A stretch of 64,000 nt of DNA from Vulcanimicrobiota bacterium (GTDB lineage: Bacteria > Vulcanimicrobiota > Vulcanimicrobiia > Vulcanimicrobiales > Vulcanimicrobiaceae). Both the position numbers and the translations under genes were made by a program. Numbering within the stretch: the first letter of the stretch is position 1; every line of letters starts with the position of its first letter. This document shows, one piece after another, positions 39,644 through 49,569 of the stretch. The DNA lies in NCBI GenBank assembly GCA_963733295.1, contig CAVTCS010000003.1, forward strand, positions 2,144,001-2,208,000, in the 5' to 3' direction. The notes beneath the pieces were generated by a model. It saw only the letters and a list, made by a program, of their open reading frames with translations, was not told the origin of the DNA and did no database searches.

Positions 39644-42313
39644 CTACGGTGCCGCGGGCCGGATCAGAACTTGGACGAATCCGTCAGGACGTATCCAGCG
39701 CGCTGCCGCGACGCGCACGTCTTGGGCGGAAGCGCCGAGTTCGGCGCGCGCGATGCGGTAATCGTCATCGAGCGGCAGACCTTGCGACGCGTCGTAGACG
39801 AAGCGCTGTGCCAAACCGCTGTAGCTCTGTCCCGTCAGCGCGACGGTGCTGACCAGCCGCGCCTTCGCCCGCAGCAGCCGTTCCGCGCCGATCGGCGTGG
39901 ACCGTACGCCCCGCAAGTCGCGCAGGAAAACGGCTTGGGCCTTTGCGAGATTCTCCGGCGCGCACGCGTAGGCGACGTCGAAGGTCGAGCGAGTGCGGCC
40001 CGTTGCCAGCCCCGTTTGCACGAAGTAGACGTAGCCGGTCGTTACGCGCATATCGCGGTAGAGCAGCGACGAGAAGTCACCGCTGAGGACGGTGTTCGCG
40101 ACTTCGAGCGGCGCCAAATCGGGGTCGGTATTCGAAAGCGGCAAAGTTTCGCGCAGGCTGACGGTATCCTGAACCCGGCCGTTGGCGGGAATCGACTGCG
40201 CCGCCGGCGCGTTGTCGGCGACCGGAGACGGAAAGACCTGCGGCCGAGGCCCGCTGCTGCGCCATGCGCCGAACCAGCGTTCCACTACGGCGCGCGCTTC
40301 CGCAGGCGTGACGTCGCCGACGATCGCGAGCGTCGTGAGATCCGGACGGAACGTTTTCGCGTAGTACGCTCGGACCTGATCGAGCGTCAATTGCGTGACG
40401 TCTTGCGAAGAAGCGAAGTGGCGTGCCGGATCGCCTTTGGGAAAGAGACCATTCGCCGCGGCGACGGCGGCCAAGTGATTGGGACTCGTCGCTTCTCCCG
40501 CGAGCGCCGCCGCCTGCTGCGCCTGAACGGTTGCAAAGCCGGCTTGCGGCAGCGCGGGATGGAGCTCGTCGTCGGCGAGCAGCTGCAAGCCACGCTCGAA
40601 GTGCGAACGCAAAACGGTCAGCGAGAAATTGTAGCCGGCCGTGGCCGTCGCGGCAATCGCGTCCAGCTGCGCTTGGTAGCCGAGACGCGAATACGAGGTC
40701 GTGCCGAACGGCAACAGATTCTCGACGACGCTTCCGACGCCGGCCTCACCGGCCGGCTCTTCGAGGCCGGCGTCGTGCAGCACGGTCCCCGAAACGACGA
40801 CCGCCGAACTCGCACGCTCCGGTTGCACCACGACGCGCAAGCCGTTCGGCAGCGTGAAGAACGTCGGATCGATCGTCTTTTCCGGCACGCGTAAGCGCTG
40901 CAGCGCGGCCATGGCCCAGGCCGGCAGCGGCTCGATGCGCGACGGGGTGTTCTTCGCACTCTCCGACGCCGGAGCGCCGCTGCCGCCCTCACTTCCCGAG
41001 GCTCCGTTCTTCGGGACGGCGTACGCAACGGCGGCCGTCGCGTTGACGAGATACTGGCGCAGCACGCGGTTCACGTCGGAAGGCGTTACGCGCTCGATCG
41101 CCGCGATGTCGTCACCCGGCGGCCTGTGCTCGACCGCGAGTGCGCTGCTCCACAGATTCGCCAAGCCTTGCAACGAGTCCGCAGCGATCTCGAATTGGGC
41201 GACCTCGCGCTCTTTCGCCGCCTCGACGAGACTTGCCGGGACGCCGTGCGCCTGATAGTTCGCGACGGCGTGCTTCACGTCACCCGCCGCGGCGAGCGGG
41301 CTCGCACCTGCCGGCACGTGCGAGAGAATCGCGACGTAACCGGCCTTCGGAAAGGGGCTCGTGTCCGCTTCGATCGCGAGGGCGCGTCCCGAAGCGACGA
41401 GCGCCGCGAGGTCAGCGCGAGCGCTGTTGAGCACGTCGCCCAAAACGACGGAGGCCGCGTAGTCGGGGCTCGCATAACCCGGAAAGCGATAACCGACGAG
41501 CACGGCGGTGCTGCTCTGATCGCTCGTGTCGGTATAGAGAGCCGGTGCGAGCGGCAGCAGCGTTCCGGCGTGGTGGGCCGGCAGCGGCGCCGCCGGCAAC
41601 GCGCCAAAGAGGCGCTCGACCGTCGCAAAGGCGGTCGCCGGCTCGATGTCTCCGGCGATCACGTAAAGCGCGTTGTTGGGGTGATACCAAGTGTGATAGA
41701 ACGCCTTTAACTGCGGCGCTTGGATCTGATGCGTGAAGCTCTCGACGGTTCCGAGCCCTTCGTTCGTATAGGGCGTGCCGGCCATCAAGTGGTGCTGCAG
41801 TTTCACGCCGAGGCGGAAGAGCGCATCGCTGTTGTCGGCCGCGACTTCTTGCAAGATCGCACCGCGCTCTTCGTTCCAGTCCTTTTGCGAATCCAGAAGC
41901 TCACCGAAGCGCGTCGCATCCATGCGCAGCGCGATCTCGAGATCTTCTGCCGGGACGACGTGGTAGTACTGCGTGATCTCGTTTTGCGTATCCGCGTCGT
42001 CGACGTCGCCCATGAAGCCTGCGATCTCGTCGGCTTGCGCGCCGCTGAGGGAGGTACTGCCGCGGTAGAACATGTGCTCTTGCGCGTGGGCGAGGCCCGT
42101 GAACGGTTCGTCGTCGGAACCCGCTTCGACGTTGAGCCAGGTCGTCACGACCGGCGCCAACACGTCGCGCAGCACGACGACGCGCAATCCGTTCGGCAGG
42201 GTCCGCTGAGCGACCGTGAGGCCGCTGCTCACCCTCGAGCCCGGGGCCGGCGCGGCCGAGCCGGGGACCGCGCCGGTGCCCGCGATCGCGACGGCGGCGA
42301 GCGCCGCCAGCAA
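39644..42313 (-). CDS. Secreted M16 (pitrilysin-like) zinc peptidase; start uncertain
   Basis: Two LPNGLRVV halves, HAQEH zinc motif, signal peptide. Confidence 0.9.
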   Translation of the reverse strand: MLAALAAVAIAGTGAVPGSAAPAPGSRVSSGLTVAQRTLPNGLRVVVLRDVLAPVVTTWLNVEAGSDDEPFTGLAHAQEHMFYRGSTSLSGAQADEIAGFMGDVDDADTQNEITQYYHVVPAEDLEIALRMDATRFGELLDSQKDWNEERGAILQEVAADNSDALFRLGVKLQHHLMAGTPYTNEGLGTVESFTHQIQAPQLKAFYHTWYHPNNALYVIAGDIEPATAFATVERLFGALPAAPLPAHHAGTLLPLAPALYTDTSDQSSTAVLVGYRFPGYASPDYAASVVLGDVLNSARADLAALVASGRALAIEADTSPFPKAGYVAILSHVPAGASPLAAAGDVKHAVANYQAHGVPASLVEAAKEREVAQFEIAADSLQGLANLWSSALAVEHRPPGDDIAAIERVTPSDVNRVLRQYLVNATAAVAYAVPKNGASGSEGGSGAPASESAKNTPSRIEPLPAWAMAALQRLRVPEKTIDPTFFTLPNGLRVVVQPERASSAVVVSGTVLHDAGLEEPAGEAGVGSVVENLLPFGTTSYSRLGYQAQLDAIAATATAGYNFSLTVLRSHFERGLQLLADDELHPALPQAGFATVQAQQAAALAGEATSPNHLAAVAAANGLFPKGDPARHFASSQDVTQLTLDQVRAYYAKTFRPDLTTLAIVGDVTPAEARAVVERWFGAWRSSGPRPQVFPSPVADNAPAAQSIPANGRVQDTVSLRETLPLSNTDPDLAPLEVANTVLSGDFSSLLYRDMRVTTGYVYFVQTGLATGRTRSTFDVAYACAPENLAKAQAVFLRDLRGVRSTPIGAERLLRAKARLVSTVALTGQSYSGLAQRFVYDASQGLPLDDDYRIARAELGASAQDVRVAAARWIRPDGFVQVLIRPAAP

Positions 42314-42323
42314 GCGACGCGGC

Positions 42324-44594
42324 TTACGCGCCTTGTGCGAAAAGGTCGGTCTGTTCGTCGCGTCCGAGACGGTTTGCGATCGTTTCGAGCTCACCGAGCC
42401 CAATATTGATACGGCGAGGTTTGGTTCCCTCGTGCGGACCGACGACCCCCGCGTCCTCGAGCTGCTTCATTAAACGAACGGCACGCGGGTGGCCGATCGA
42501 AAACTGCGACTGCAACTGCGCCGTCGAGGCGTAGCTCGTCTCGATGATGTACTTCGCGGCGGCATAGGCGAGCGGATCGAGGGTTCGTTTCTCGTCATCC
42601 TCGATCGGCGACACGTCGACGTCGAGCAGGTTGTCGGGCCGCGACTGCGCGGCCCAAAACGCGACCAGCCGCGCCACCTCGGCGCCGGTAATGAGGCCGC
42701 CCTGCGCCCGGACCGGCTTGGGTGCGTCGATCGGCAAGAACAGCATGTCGCCGCGACCGAGCAAACGCTCCGCACCGGCCATGTCGAGGATCGTGCGCGA
42801 GTCGACCTGCGAGCTGACCGCGAAAGCGATGCGCGACGGGATGTTCGCTTTGATGATTCCGGTGATCACGTCGACCGAAGGGCGCTGCGTGGCGACGATC
42901 AGATGAATGCCGGTGGCTCGCGCGAGCTGCGCGAGCCGGCAGATCGTCGTCTCGACTCTGGCCGGCGCGATCAGCATGAGGTCGGCCAGCTCGTCGATCA
43001 AGATCACGACGTACGGGAGCTTCTCGTCGGGGTACTTCGCGTTGTATTCCTCGATCTTGCGGACGCCCGCCTTGGCGAACCGCTCGTAGCGCGCGTCCAT
43101 CTCTTTGGTCATCTCGAAGAGCGCACCGGCGGCGAGCCGCGGATCGGTGATGACCTCTTTGATGAGGTGCGGGATGCCGTTGTACACGTTCAACTCGACC
43201 CGCTTGGGATCGATCATGAGCATCTGGACTTGCGCCGGCGTCGCCGAGACGAGCAGCGAGGCGATGATGCAATTGAGACAGACGCTCTTGCCGCTACCCG
43301 TCGCGCCCGCTACCAGTAAGTGCGGCATCTTACCGAGATCGCCGAATACGGGGCGCCCGGTGATGTCTTTGCCGAGCGCCATCGCAAGCGGCGGAACTTG
43401 TCCGCGGTGCGGCATCGCACCGAGGATCTCCGAGATCGCGACGATGGAGGTTTGCGCGTTGGGTACCTCGATGCCGACCGCCGACTTCCCCGGAATCGGT
43501 GCTTCGATGCGCACCGAGGTCGCGGCCAGCGCCAGCGCGAGATCGTCGGCCAGCGAGGAGATGCGCGAGATCTTGACGCCGCGATCCGGTTTCAGTTCGT
43601 AACGCGTGATCGCCGGGCCGCGCTCGATGTGCGTGACCTTCGCGCCGACACCGAACGATGCCAACGTGTCCTCCAGCAGCCCCGAGCGCTGGGTGTCGTC
43701 GACGAGTTGCGCTTGCGGTGGATCGAACAACGCCAGATCGGGCAGACGATAGGTGCGCCGGCCGGGATCGTTCGCAACGCTCGCCGCCGGCTCGTACTCA
43801 CCGACGACGGCGGGGTTCACCGCAAGCAACGGCGCTGCGCTTGAGATCGCTTCGCCTTCCGCGGGAGCGTCGTCGTCCGGTTCGTCGCCTTCCTCGTCGA
43901 AGTCGTCGAACTCGTCTTCGAAGTCTTCATCGTAGTCGTCGTCTTCTTCTCGCTCGATGTCACCGGCGCGCGGCACGGCGCGATCGTCGCTCGCGCCCGG
44001 CGTCAGCGCGTTTCCGGGACGCGCCGCCGGAAGCTGTAGCGCTTCGCGAACCGTGCGCGGACCGAACGCGCCGGCCGCCTTGTCGCGCGCGGCCGCAATC
44101 CGGCCGGCCCGCTCGCGCAAGCCGTTCGCCGCCAAGATGCCGCGGCCGATGGTGCGCTTGACCGAGACGTTCGTGATCCAGACGAAAACGAGGACGGCGA
44201 GCAGCGCCAGGACGATCGTTTCGCCGGTTCCGCCGAACAGCGCGCGCAGCGCCTGAGCGAGCGCGCTACCGATGATTCCGCCCTTCCTGTCCTCGGCCGC
44301 GTCGACGATGAGCAAATAGGCGAGAGAGGCCGCGCCGAGGGTCGCGATCATGCGCGGGACGTTGATCTCGAGAAAAACGATCGCGCCGAAGATCGCTACG
44401 ACGAGCGGGACGAGCCACGCGGCTTGACCGAAGAGCGCGACCGTCACGCTCGACGTCGCGGCGCCGATCCACCCCGAATGCTGCGGGGCGGCCAGTGCAA
44501 TGGCGAGCAAGACCGCCGCGCCGAAAGCGGCGATACCGGCGATCTCGAGATTCAACCGCTGCGTCGCACGAGCCTTACGGCGTCCGCGTGCCAT
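42324..44594 (-). CDS. ftsK: DNA translocase FtsK/SpoIIIE
   Basis: N-terminal TM domain, PHLLVAGATGSGKS, IDELADLM, ATQRPS, gamma domain. Confidence 0.97.
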   Translation of the reverse strand: MARGRRKARATQRLNLEIAGIAAFGAAVLLAIALAAPQHSGWIGAATSSVTVALFGQAAWLVPLVVAIFGAIVFLEINVPRMIATLGAASLAYLLIVDAAEDRKGGIIGSALAQALRALFGGTGETIVLALLAVLVFVWITNVSVKRTIGRGILAANGLRERAGRIAAARDKAAGAFGPRTVREALQLPAARPGNALTPGASDDRAVPRAGDIEREEDDDYDEDFEDEFDDFDEEGDEPDDDAPAEGEAISSAAPLLAVNPAVVGEYEPAASVANDPGRRTYRLPDLALFDPPQAQLVDDTQRSGLLEDTLASFGVGAKVTHIERGPAITRYELKPDRGVKISRISSLADDLALALAATSVRIEAPIPGKSAVGIEVPNAQTSIVAISEILGAMPHRGQVPPLAMALGKDITGRPVFGDLGKMPHLLVAGATGSGKSVCLNCIIASLLVSATPAQVQMLMIDPKRVELNVYNGIPHLIKEVITDPRLAAGALFEMTKEMDARYERFAKAGVRKIEEYNAKYPDEKLPYVVILIDELADLMLIAPARVETTICRLAQLARATGIHLIVATQRPSVDVITGIIKANIPSRIAFAVSSQVDSRTILDMAGAERLLGRGDMLFLPIDAPKPVRAQGGLITGAEVARLVAFWAAQSRPDNLLDVDVSPIEDDEKRTLDPLAYAAAKYIIETSYASTAQLQSQFSIGHPRAVRLMKQLEDAGVVGPHEGTKPRRINIGLGELETIANRLGRDEQTDLFAQGA

Positions 44595-44654
44595 TCTTGC
44601 AGACGTTATCGAGCGCCGCGGCGTACACCTGTTCGCAAAGCCGGGGGAGGCACG

Positions 44655-45728
44655 ATGTCCACGCCAACGATCGTCGTTCTCGAAGGCGACCAAACCGGAC
44701 AAGAGCTGCTCGTCGAAGCGCTGCGCGTCATCGAGCCGGAGGTGATCGGCATGCCGCTGGAATTCGAGCGCTTCGACCTATCGCTCGAGCGGCGCCGCGA
44801 AACGCAAAACGCGGTCGTTCACGACGCGGCCGCCGCGCTCAGACGCACCGGCCTCGGTTTGAAAGCCGCCACGATCACGCCCGAGCAAAAGGGGGACGTC
44901 GGTTCGCCGAACGCCATCTTGCGACGCGAGATCGACGGAAAGGTCATCGTCCGAACCGGTCGACGCTTACCCGGCGTGCGTCCGGTCGCCGGAATCCACG
45001 CGCCGATTTCCATCGTGCGCATGGCCGTCGGCGATGCCTACGGTGCCAAAGAATGGCGCGAAGGCGACGCCGATGACGAGGTTGCCTTCCGCACCGAACG
45101 CATCGAGCGCAGCGTTTGCCGGGTCGTCGCCGAGTACGCCTTTTACCACGCCCGCAAAACGGGCTCGAAAGTCTTCGGCGGTCCCAAGTACACGGTCAGT
45201 CCGATTTACGAAGGCATGCTAAAGGAAGAGATGGACGCCGCGGCCGGCCGTTATCCGGACGTCGTCTACGAGCCGCAGCTGATCGACGCGACGTACGCCC
45301 TGTTGATCTCCTCCTCAGGCGAACCCATGGTAATCCCTTCGTTGAATCGCGACGGCGATTGCCTTTCGGATCTCGTCATGCAGCTCTTTGGTTCGGTCGC
45401 AGGCGCCGAAAGCGTGCTGCTCGCGTTCGACCGCTCGCTCACGCCAACGGTCGTGATGGCGGAAGCTCCTCACGGGACCGCACCGCGGCTCTTCGGGAAA
45501 AACGTCGCGAACCCGATGGCGATGATCCTCGCATGCGCCGCGCTGCTCTCGCACGTTGCGACGCCGGAGGCCGCCAAGGCCTCGCGCGCCATCTACGAAT
45601 CGGTGCTCGAGACGGTGCGCGCCGGCATCGCGACGAGCGACCTCGGGGGGTCGGCCTCAACCTCCGATTTCACCGAAGCGGTGATTGGCAAAGTGCAGTC
45701 GAAACTGGAGGTCTGGGCGACTCTGTAG
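44655..45728 (+). CDS. Isocitrate/isopropylmalate dehydrogenase family protein
   Basis: EGDQTG, KAATITP, NRDGDCLSD, EAPHGTAP, ANPMAMILA. Confidence 0.9.
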   Translation: MSTPTIVVLEGDQTGQELLVEALRVIEPEVIGMPLEFERFDLSLERRRETQNAVVHDAAAALRRTGLGLKAATITPEQKGDVGSPNAILRREIDGKVIVRTGRRLPGVRPVAGIHAPISIVRMAVGDAYGAKEWREGDADDEVAFRTERIERSVCRVVAEYAFYHARKTGSKVFGGPKYTVSPIYEGMLKEEMDAAAGRYPDVVYEPQLIDATYALLISSSGEPMVIPSLNRDGDCLSDLVMQLFGSVAGAESVLLAFDRSLTPTVVMAEAPHGTAPRLFGKNVANPMAMILACAALLSHVATPEAAKASRAIYESVLETVRAGIATSDLGGSASTSDFTEAVIGKVQSKLEVWATL

Positions 45729-45745
45729 GAGTCGAGGGAGGCGCG

Positions 45746-46465
45746 ATGGGTGCCTGGTTAACAATCTCTGCGACGATCATTCTAGCGGTGAATGGTGCGC
45801 TCGCCCCTGTGCCCGCCCCCAGTTCGACGTCCTCCGCGACCGAGGCGAAACTCAGAGAGATCGGGGGCGTCCGGGTGACGACCGACATCTGCAAGCCGCT
45901 GCTCGTTTCTGCCGGAGCCGCCGTCGACTACATGCTCGACGATAACCTTAAGCTCGGGCAGGACATCGCGCGGATGCGAAACATCGACCTCGACTCGAGC
46001 ATGCTCGCCAAATCGCAAGGCGCGCAAGAGCTCATGAATCGCTTCGTCGCGTTGCGGCGCTCGGCGGTCGCAGGCAAGGCCGCGATGGACAAATTCCGCG
46101 CCGAGGCGAAGACAGTGCCCGACGAAAAGCAACGCGCGGCCCTGATCGCCTTCGCGAATGCAATCGAAGGCGCGCTGGAACGTCAGCGCAAGCTAGCCGA
46201 GGATATCTCGCACCTTGCGGTCTTCGTCGACAGCCACCCGCCGCTGGACGAGTGGGCCCTCGCCCAAGCCACAATCGACCTTCAAGCTCAGTCTAGTTAC
46301 CGGTACTCGCCGGTCGGAACGCTCGGTTATCCGTACAACATCCCGCAGACGCTGTCGCAGGTCTCGGCGGACAGCGCCGATCTGCTTCAAGACCGCGCCG
46401 AACCGATGTTCAACGACGAGAAGGACGCCGCAACGCGGCTCGAGCCGGCTTTTACCGGCTGCTAA
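45746..46465 (+). CDS. Secreted helical hypothetical protein
   Basis: GGGAGG RBS, signal peptide, LREIGGVR motif, paired Cys. Confidence 0.75.
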   Translation: MGAWLTISATIILAVNGALAPVPAPSSTSSATEAKLREIGGVRVTTDICKPLLVSAGAAVDYMLDDNLKLGQDIARMRNIDLDSSMLAKSQGAQELMNRFVALRRSAVAGKAAMDKFRAEAKTVPDEKQRAALIAFANAIEGALERQRKLAEDISHLAVFVDSHPPLDEWALAQATIDLQAQSSYRYSPVGTLGYPYNIPQTLSQVSADSADLLQDRAEPMFNDEKDAATRLEPAFTGC

Positions 46466-46479
46466 CGGAACCAGCACGC

Positions 46480-47310
46480 TCACCGCGCGATAAGCACGAC
46501 TCCGGTGACGGCGCATGCGACGCCGGCCCATTGCAGCGCGGCTAACCGTTCGCGCAGGAAGACGCGCGCGAGGAAAACCGTCGCGGCCGGATAGAGCGAG
46601 GTGATGACCGCCACGACCGCGAGCATTCCGTGGTGCGTCGCAACGATATAAAGAACGTTGGCGCCCATGTCGAGCGCACCGGCGCAGAGAATCACGGCGA
46701 GCGCCTCGCGCGGTACGCGCAGCGACTCATGACGGCCGCGCGCCCACAGTAACAAAAGCAGGACGGAGACGACGCGCGCGGGGGCGAGCGCCGCGACTCC
46801 GGAGTCGGGCGAACTGCGTGAGAGTGCGACGAGCATGAAGCCGATCCCAAAACCGCTGACGACCGCGAGCACGAGCCCCGGCTCCTCAAACGAAAGACGC
46901 AAGGTCTGCGGATCGGCCGAAACGAGCGCGACCGCGACGAAGGCCAAGCCGATTCCGGCCATCGCGGCGAGCGGCGGCCGCTCGCCGAGCGCGAGTCCCA
47001 GCGCGACGGGAACGCTCGCGCCGATGACCGCCGTCAACGGCGAGACCACGCCCATCCGCCCGATGGCGAGCGCCGCATAGAGCGCGGCGATACCAACCGC
47101 TCCGCCGACTCCGGCCAACGCTCCCCAGATGAGGTCCGAGCGGTGGAAGTGGCTCGGCACGATGGCGAGCGACGCGACGAACACGCCGACTCCGGCAAGT
47201 TGCGAGAGCACGACGACGACGCTCGCCGGCGCGCGGCGGCTCGCGATGCCGCCGAGGAAATCGGCCGACCCATACGTCAGCGCGGCCAATACCGCGAGGG
47301 TGACGGCCAT
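46480..47310 (-). CDS. EamA/DMT family transporter
   Basis: YGSADFLGG, about 10 TM segments, SLYP. Confidence 0.9.
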   Translation of the reverse strand: MAVTLAVLAALTYGSADFLGGIASRRAPASVVVVLSQLAGVGVFVASLAIVPSHFHRSDLIWGALAGVGGAVGIAALYAALAIGRMGVVSPLTAVIGASVPVALGLALGERPPLAAMAGIGLAFVAVALVSADPQTLRLSFEEPGLVLAVVSGFGIGFMLVALSRSSPDSGVAALAPARVVSVLLLLLWARGRHESLRVPREALAVILCAGALDMGANVLYIVATHHGMLAVVAVITSLYPAATVFLARVFLRERLAALQWAGVACAVTGVVLIAR

Positions 47311-47313
47311 TCG

Positions 47314-48207
47314 CTAACTCTCGGTGGGATCGAGCGAGTCGCGTAGTCCGTCGCCGAGCAGGTTGAAACCAAGCACGAGGGCCGTTATCGAAAGACCCGG
47401 AAAAATGAGCGCCCAGGGAGCCGAGAGCCAGTAGTCGCGAGCGTCGCTGAGCATCGCGCCCCACTCGGGCGCAGGCGGGCGCGCTCCCAAGCCGAGGTAC
47501 GACAAGCCGGCCGCTTCGAGCTCGGCCGTCGCGATTCCGAGCGTCGCTTGCACGAGCAGCGGTGCGAAGATATTGGGCAAAATGTGGCGCCCCAAAATCA
47601 CGGCGCTCGAAGCACCCAGCGCGCGCGCCGCTTCGACGAACTCCGTCTCTTTGATCGCAAGGACCGAGGAACGCGCCAACCGCGCGTACTGCGGAATGTA
47701 GACCACGCCGACCGCAATCATCAGATTGGTGATGCTCGGGCCTAAAATCGTCGTGATCCCGATTGCCAGGATGATCGGCGGAAAAGCCAGCATGACGTCC
47801 ATCGCGCCCATCAAGACTTCGTCGACGCGGCCGCGGGCATAGCCGGCCAGCGCACCGATCGCGGTGCCGAGCGTAATTGCGAGTCCGACCGCGACGAAGC
47901 CGATGCGGATCGAGATCCGCGCGCCGTACAGAATGCGGCTGAAGACGTCGCGACCGAGCTTGTCGGTGCCGAGGGGATGTTGCAGGCTGGGAGGAGCCGT
48001 TTGCAGCGCCAAATTCTGCGCTAGCGGATCGGCGTGTGCCAGGAAGGGCGCCAAGAGCGCCGCGCTCGCGATCGCTCCGACCAGCAGCGCGCCCACGATC
48101 GCGCCCGGCGAGCGGAGCAGCTTGCGCCACACCACGAACAGGTTCGAACGACCCGGAGAGGCCGAATTCTCACCCGCGTCCAGTGGGATGGCCGGGACCG
48201 TCACCAC
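47314..48207 (-). CDS. Peptide ABC transporter permease (DppC/OppC-like)
   Basis: HPLGTDKLGRD, EFVEAARALG EAA loop, PEWGAML. Confidence 0.93.
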   Translation of the reverse strand: MVTVPAIPLDAGENSASPGRSNLFVVWRKLLRSPGAIVGALLVGAIASAALLAPFLAHADPLAQNLALQTAPPSLQHPLGTDKLGRDVFSRILYGARISIRIGFVAVGLAITLGTAIGALAGYARGRVDEVLMGAMDVMLAFPPIILAIGITTILGPSITNLMIAVGVVYIPQYARLARSSVLAIKETEFVEAARALGASSAVILGRHILPNIFAPLLVQATLGIATAELEAAGLSYLGLGARPPAPEWGAMLSDARDYWLSAPWALIFPGLSITALVLGFNLLGDGLRDSLDPTES

Positions 48208-48402
48208 CGGCAGGTTCGACGGCCGCGCTCAGCGCACCCCAAAAGTTCTCCTTCCCCACGCGTAACGCCCAACCGCAAGTCGCCTTGCTCTCAGGAACAG
48301 ACGGGACCCTTTTTGCGTTGGGACAAAACCGTCTATCGACGTCCGGGTCGCGTAGCGACGACCGTCAACCCGCACCACCGGCTCAAGCCGTAAGGAGTCT
48401 CG

Positions 48403-49569
48403 TTGCACACACCTTTCAAAGCGGTCGCCGCGACGGTTCTTCTCGGACTGGCAGTGGGTTGCAATAACGGAAGTTCCGGCACGACCACGGACACGAACGT
48501 CATAAATCTCGCCAATTCGAAACTCCAGCTCGCCGTCGGCACGGCGACCTTTCCCGACGGAAGCATCAACCTCAACGCGGTAGCGACCTTCCGGCAACCG
48601 AACGGCCTTGCACCCGTCTTGCTCGACACGCCGCTTTTGACGGGGCCCGCTGGTTTTGCCGTACCGTCGACAGCCGACGCCGGAACCGACGCCGGCACGA
48701 ACCATATCTCGGGTTCGCCACCGACGAAAACGGGCCAAACGCCCGTAGCATCGACCTTCGGCCAAGCCGGCGGCGTTTTCGCGTACGGCTTCGAGCCGAA
48801 CAACACGGCGGTCATCGCAGCCCCGAGCTACCTGGCGTACGGAGCGACCGGTGACGGTGCTCCCTTCTACGCCGCGCAGTTTACGACGTTCGCTGCGACG
48901 CCCGGGTGGCCGTTCCCCTGCGCGCAAGGCGACTGCGTGCCTTTCTTAGGCGGACCGCCGTTCTATCCGTACAGCGCGAACGGGACGTACCCCGTTGGTT
49001 TCAACGGATTCCCTGAAGGCTTCACGACCTTCGCGGTCAAGCCGGTTGCCGGTGCGTACACGCTGTCGGTCAACGTGCCCTCGGGTGGTTCGAGCGGAAC
49101 GACGATACGAGCGCCGGGCGCCAACCTCTCGTCGCTCGCGGGGCTCGGCCCGTTCCCGGTTCCGTCGTTTGCGGAAGACGGCGCCGGCGGAGGGACCGTT
49201 TCGATCAACGCTCCGGGCGGCGCCACCGAAACGATCGTCAACATCGTCGACATCACGACGCCGGCCTTCTATACGCTCGAGCTCCTGGCGGGCACGAGTA
49301 CCGAGGGACTGCCGAAGAATCTCGGCCCGGCGCCCGTCGGCACGACCGCGCCGAGCCTGAAAGCGGGCGACACCTATATCGTCACGGCAATCGGTTTCGA
49401 CTATCCGGCGTTCGAGGCGGCGCCGCCGGCGAACATCATGCAAACTCCGGCAATCGCCGGAACGAACGGACAAGCCGATCTAACGATCTCACCCTTCCTG
49501 GAACAAGTGTACGGCGGCGGCGCTCCGGCGCTTAACGCCGGCCGCGGCACTGCGCGCGCGGCACGCTAG
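48403..49569 (+). CDS. Hypothetical lipoprotein, Pro/Gly-rich beta protein
   Basis: LAVG-C lipobox, KLQLAVGTA. Confidence 0.8.
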   Translation: MHTPFKAVAATVLLGLAVGCNNGSSGTTTDTNVINLANSKLQLAVGTATFPDGSINLNAVATFRQPNGLAPVLLDTPLLTGPAGFAVPSTADAGTDAGTNHISGSPPTKTGQTPVASTFGQAGGVFAYGFEPNNTAVIAAPSYLAYGATGDGAPFYAAQFTTFAATPGWPFPCAQGDCVPFLGGPPFYPYSANGTYPVGFNGFPEGFTTFAVKPVAGAYTLSVNVPSGGSSGTTIRAPGANLSSLAGLGPFPVPSFAEDGAGGGTVSINAPGGATETIVNIVDITTPAFYTLELLAGTSTEGLPKNLGPAPVGTTAPSLKAGDTYIVTAIGFDYPAFEAAPPANIMQTPAIAGTNGQADLTISPFLEQVYGGGAPALNAGRGTARAAR

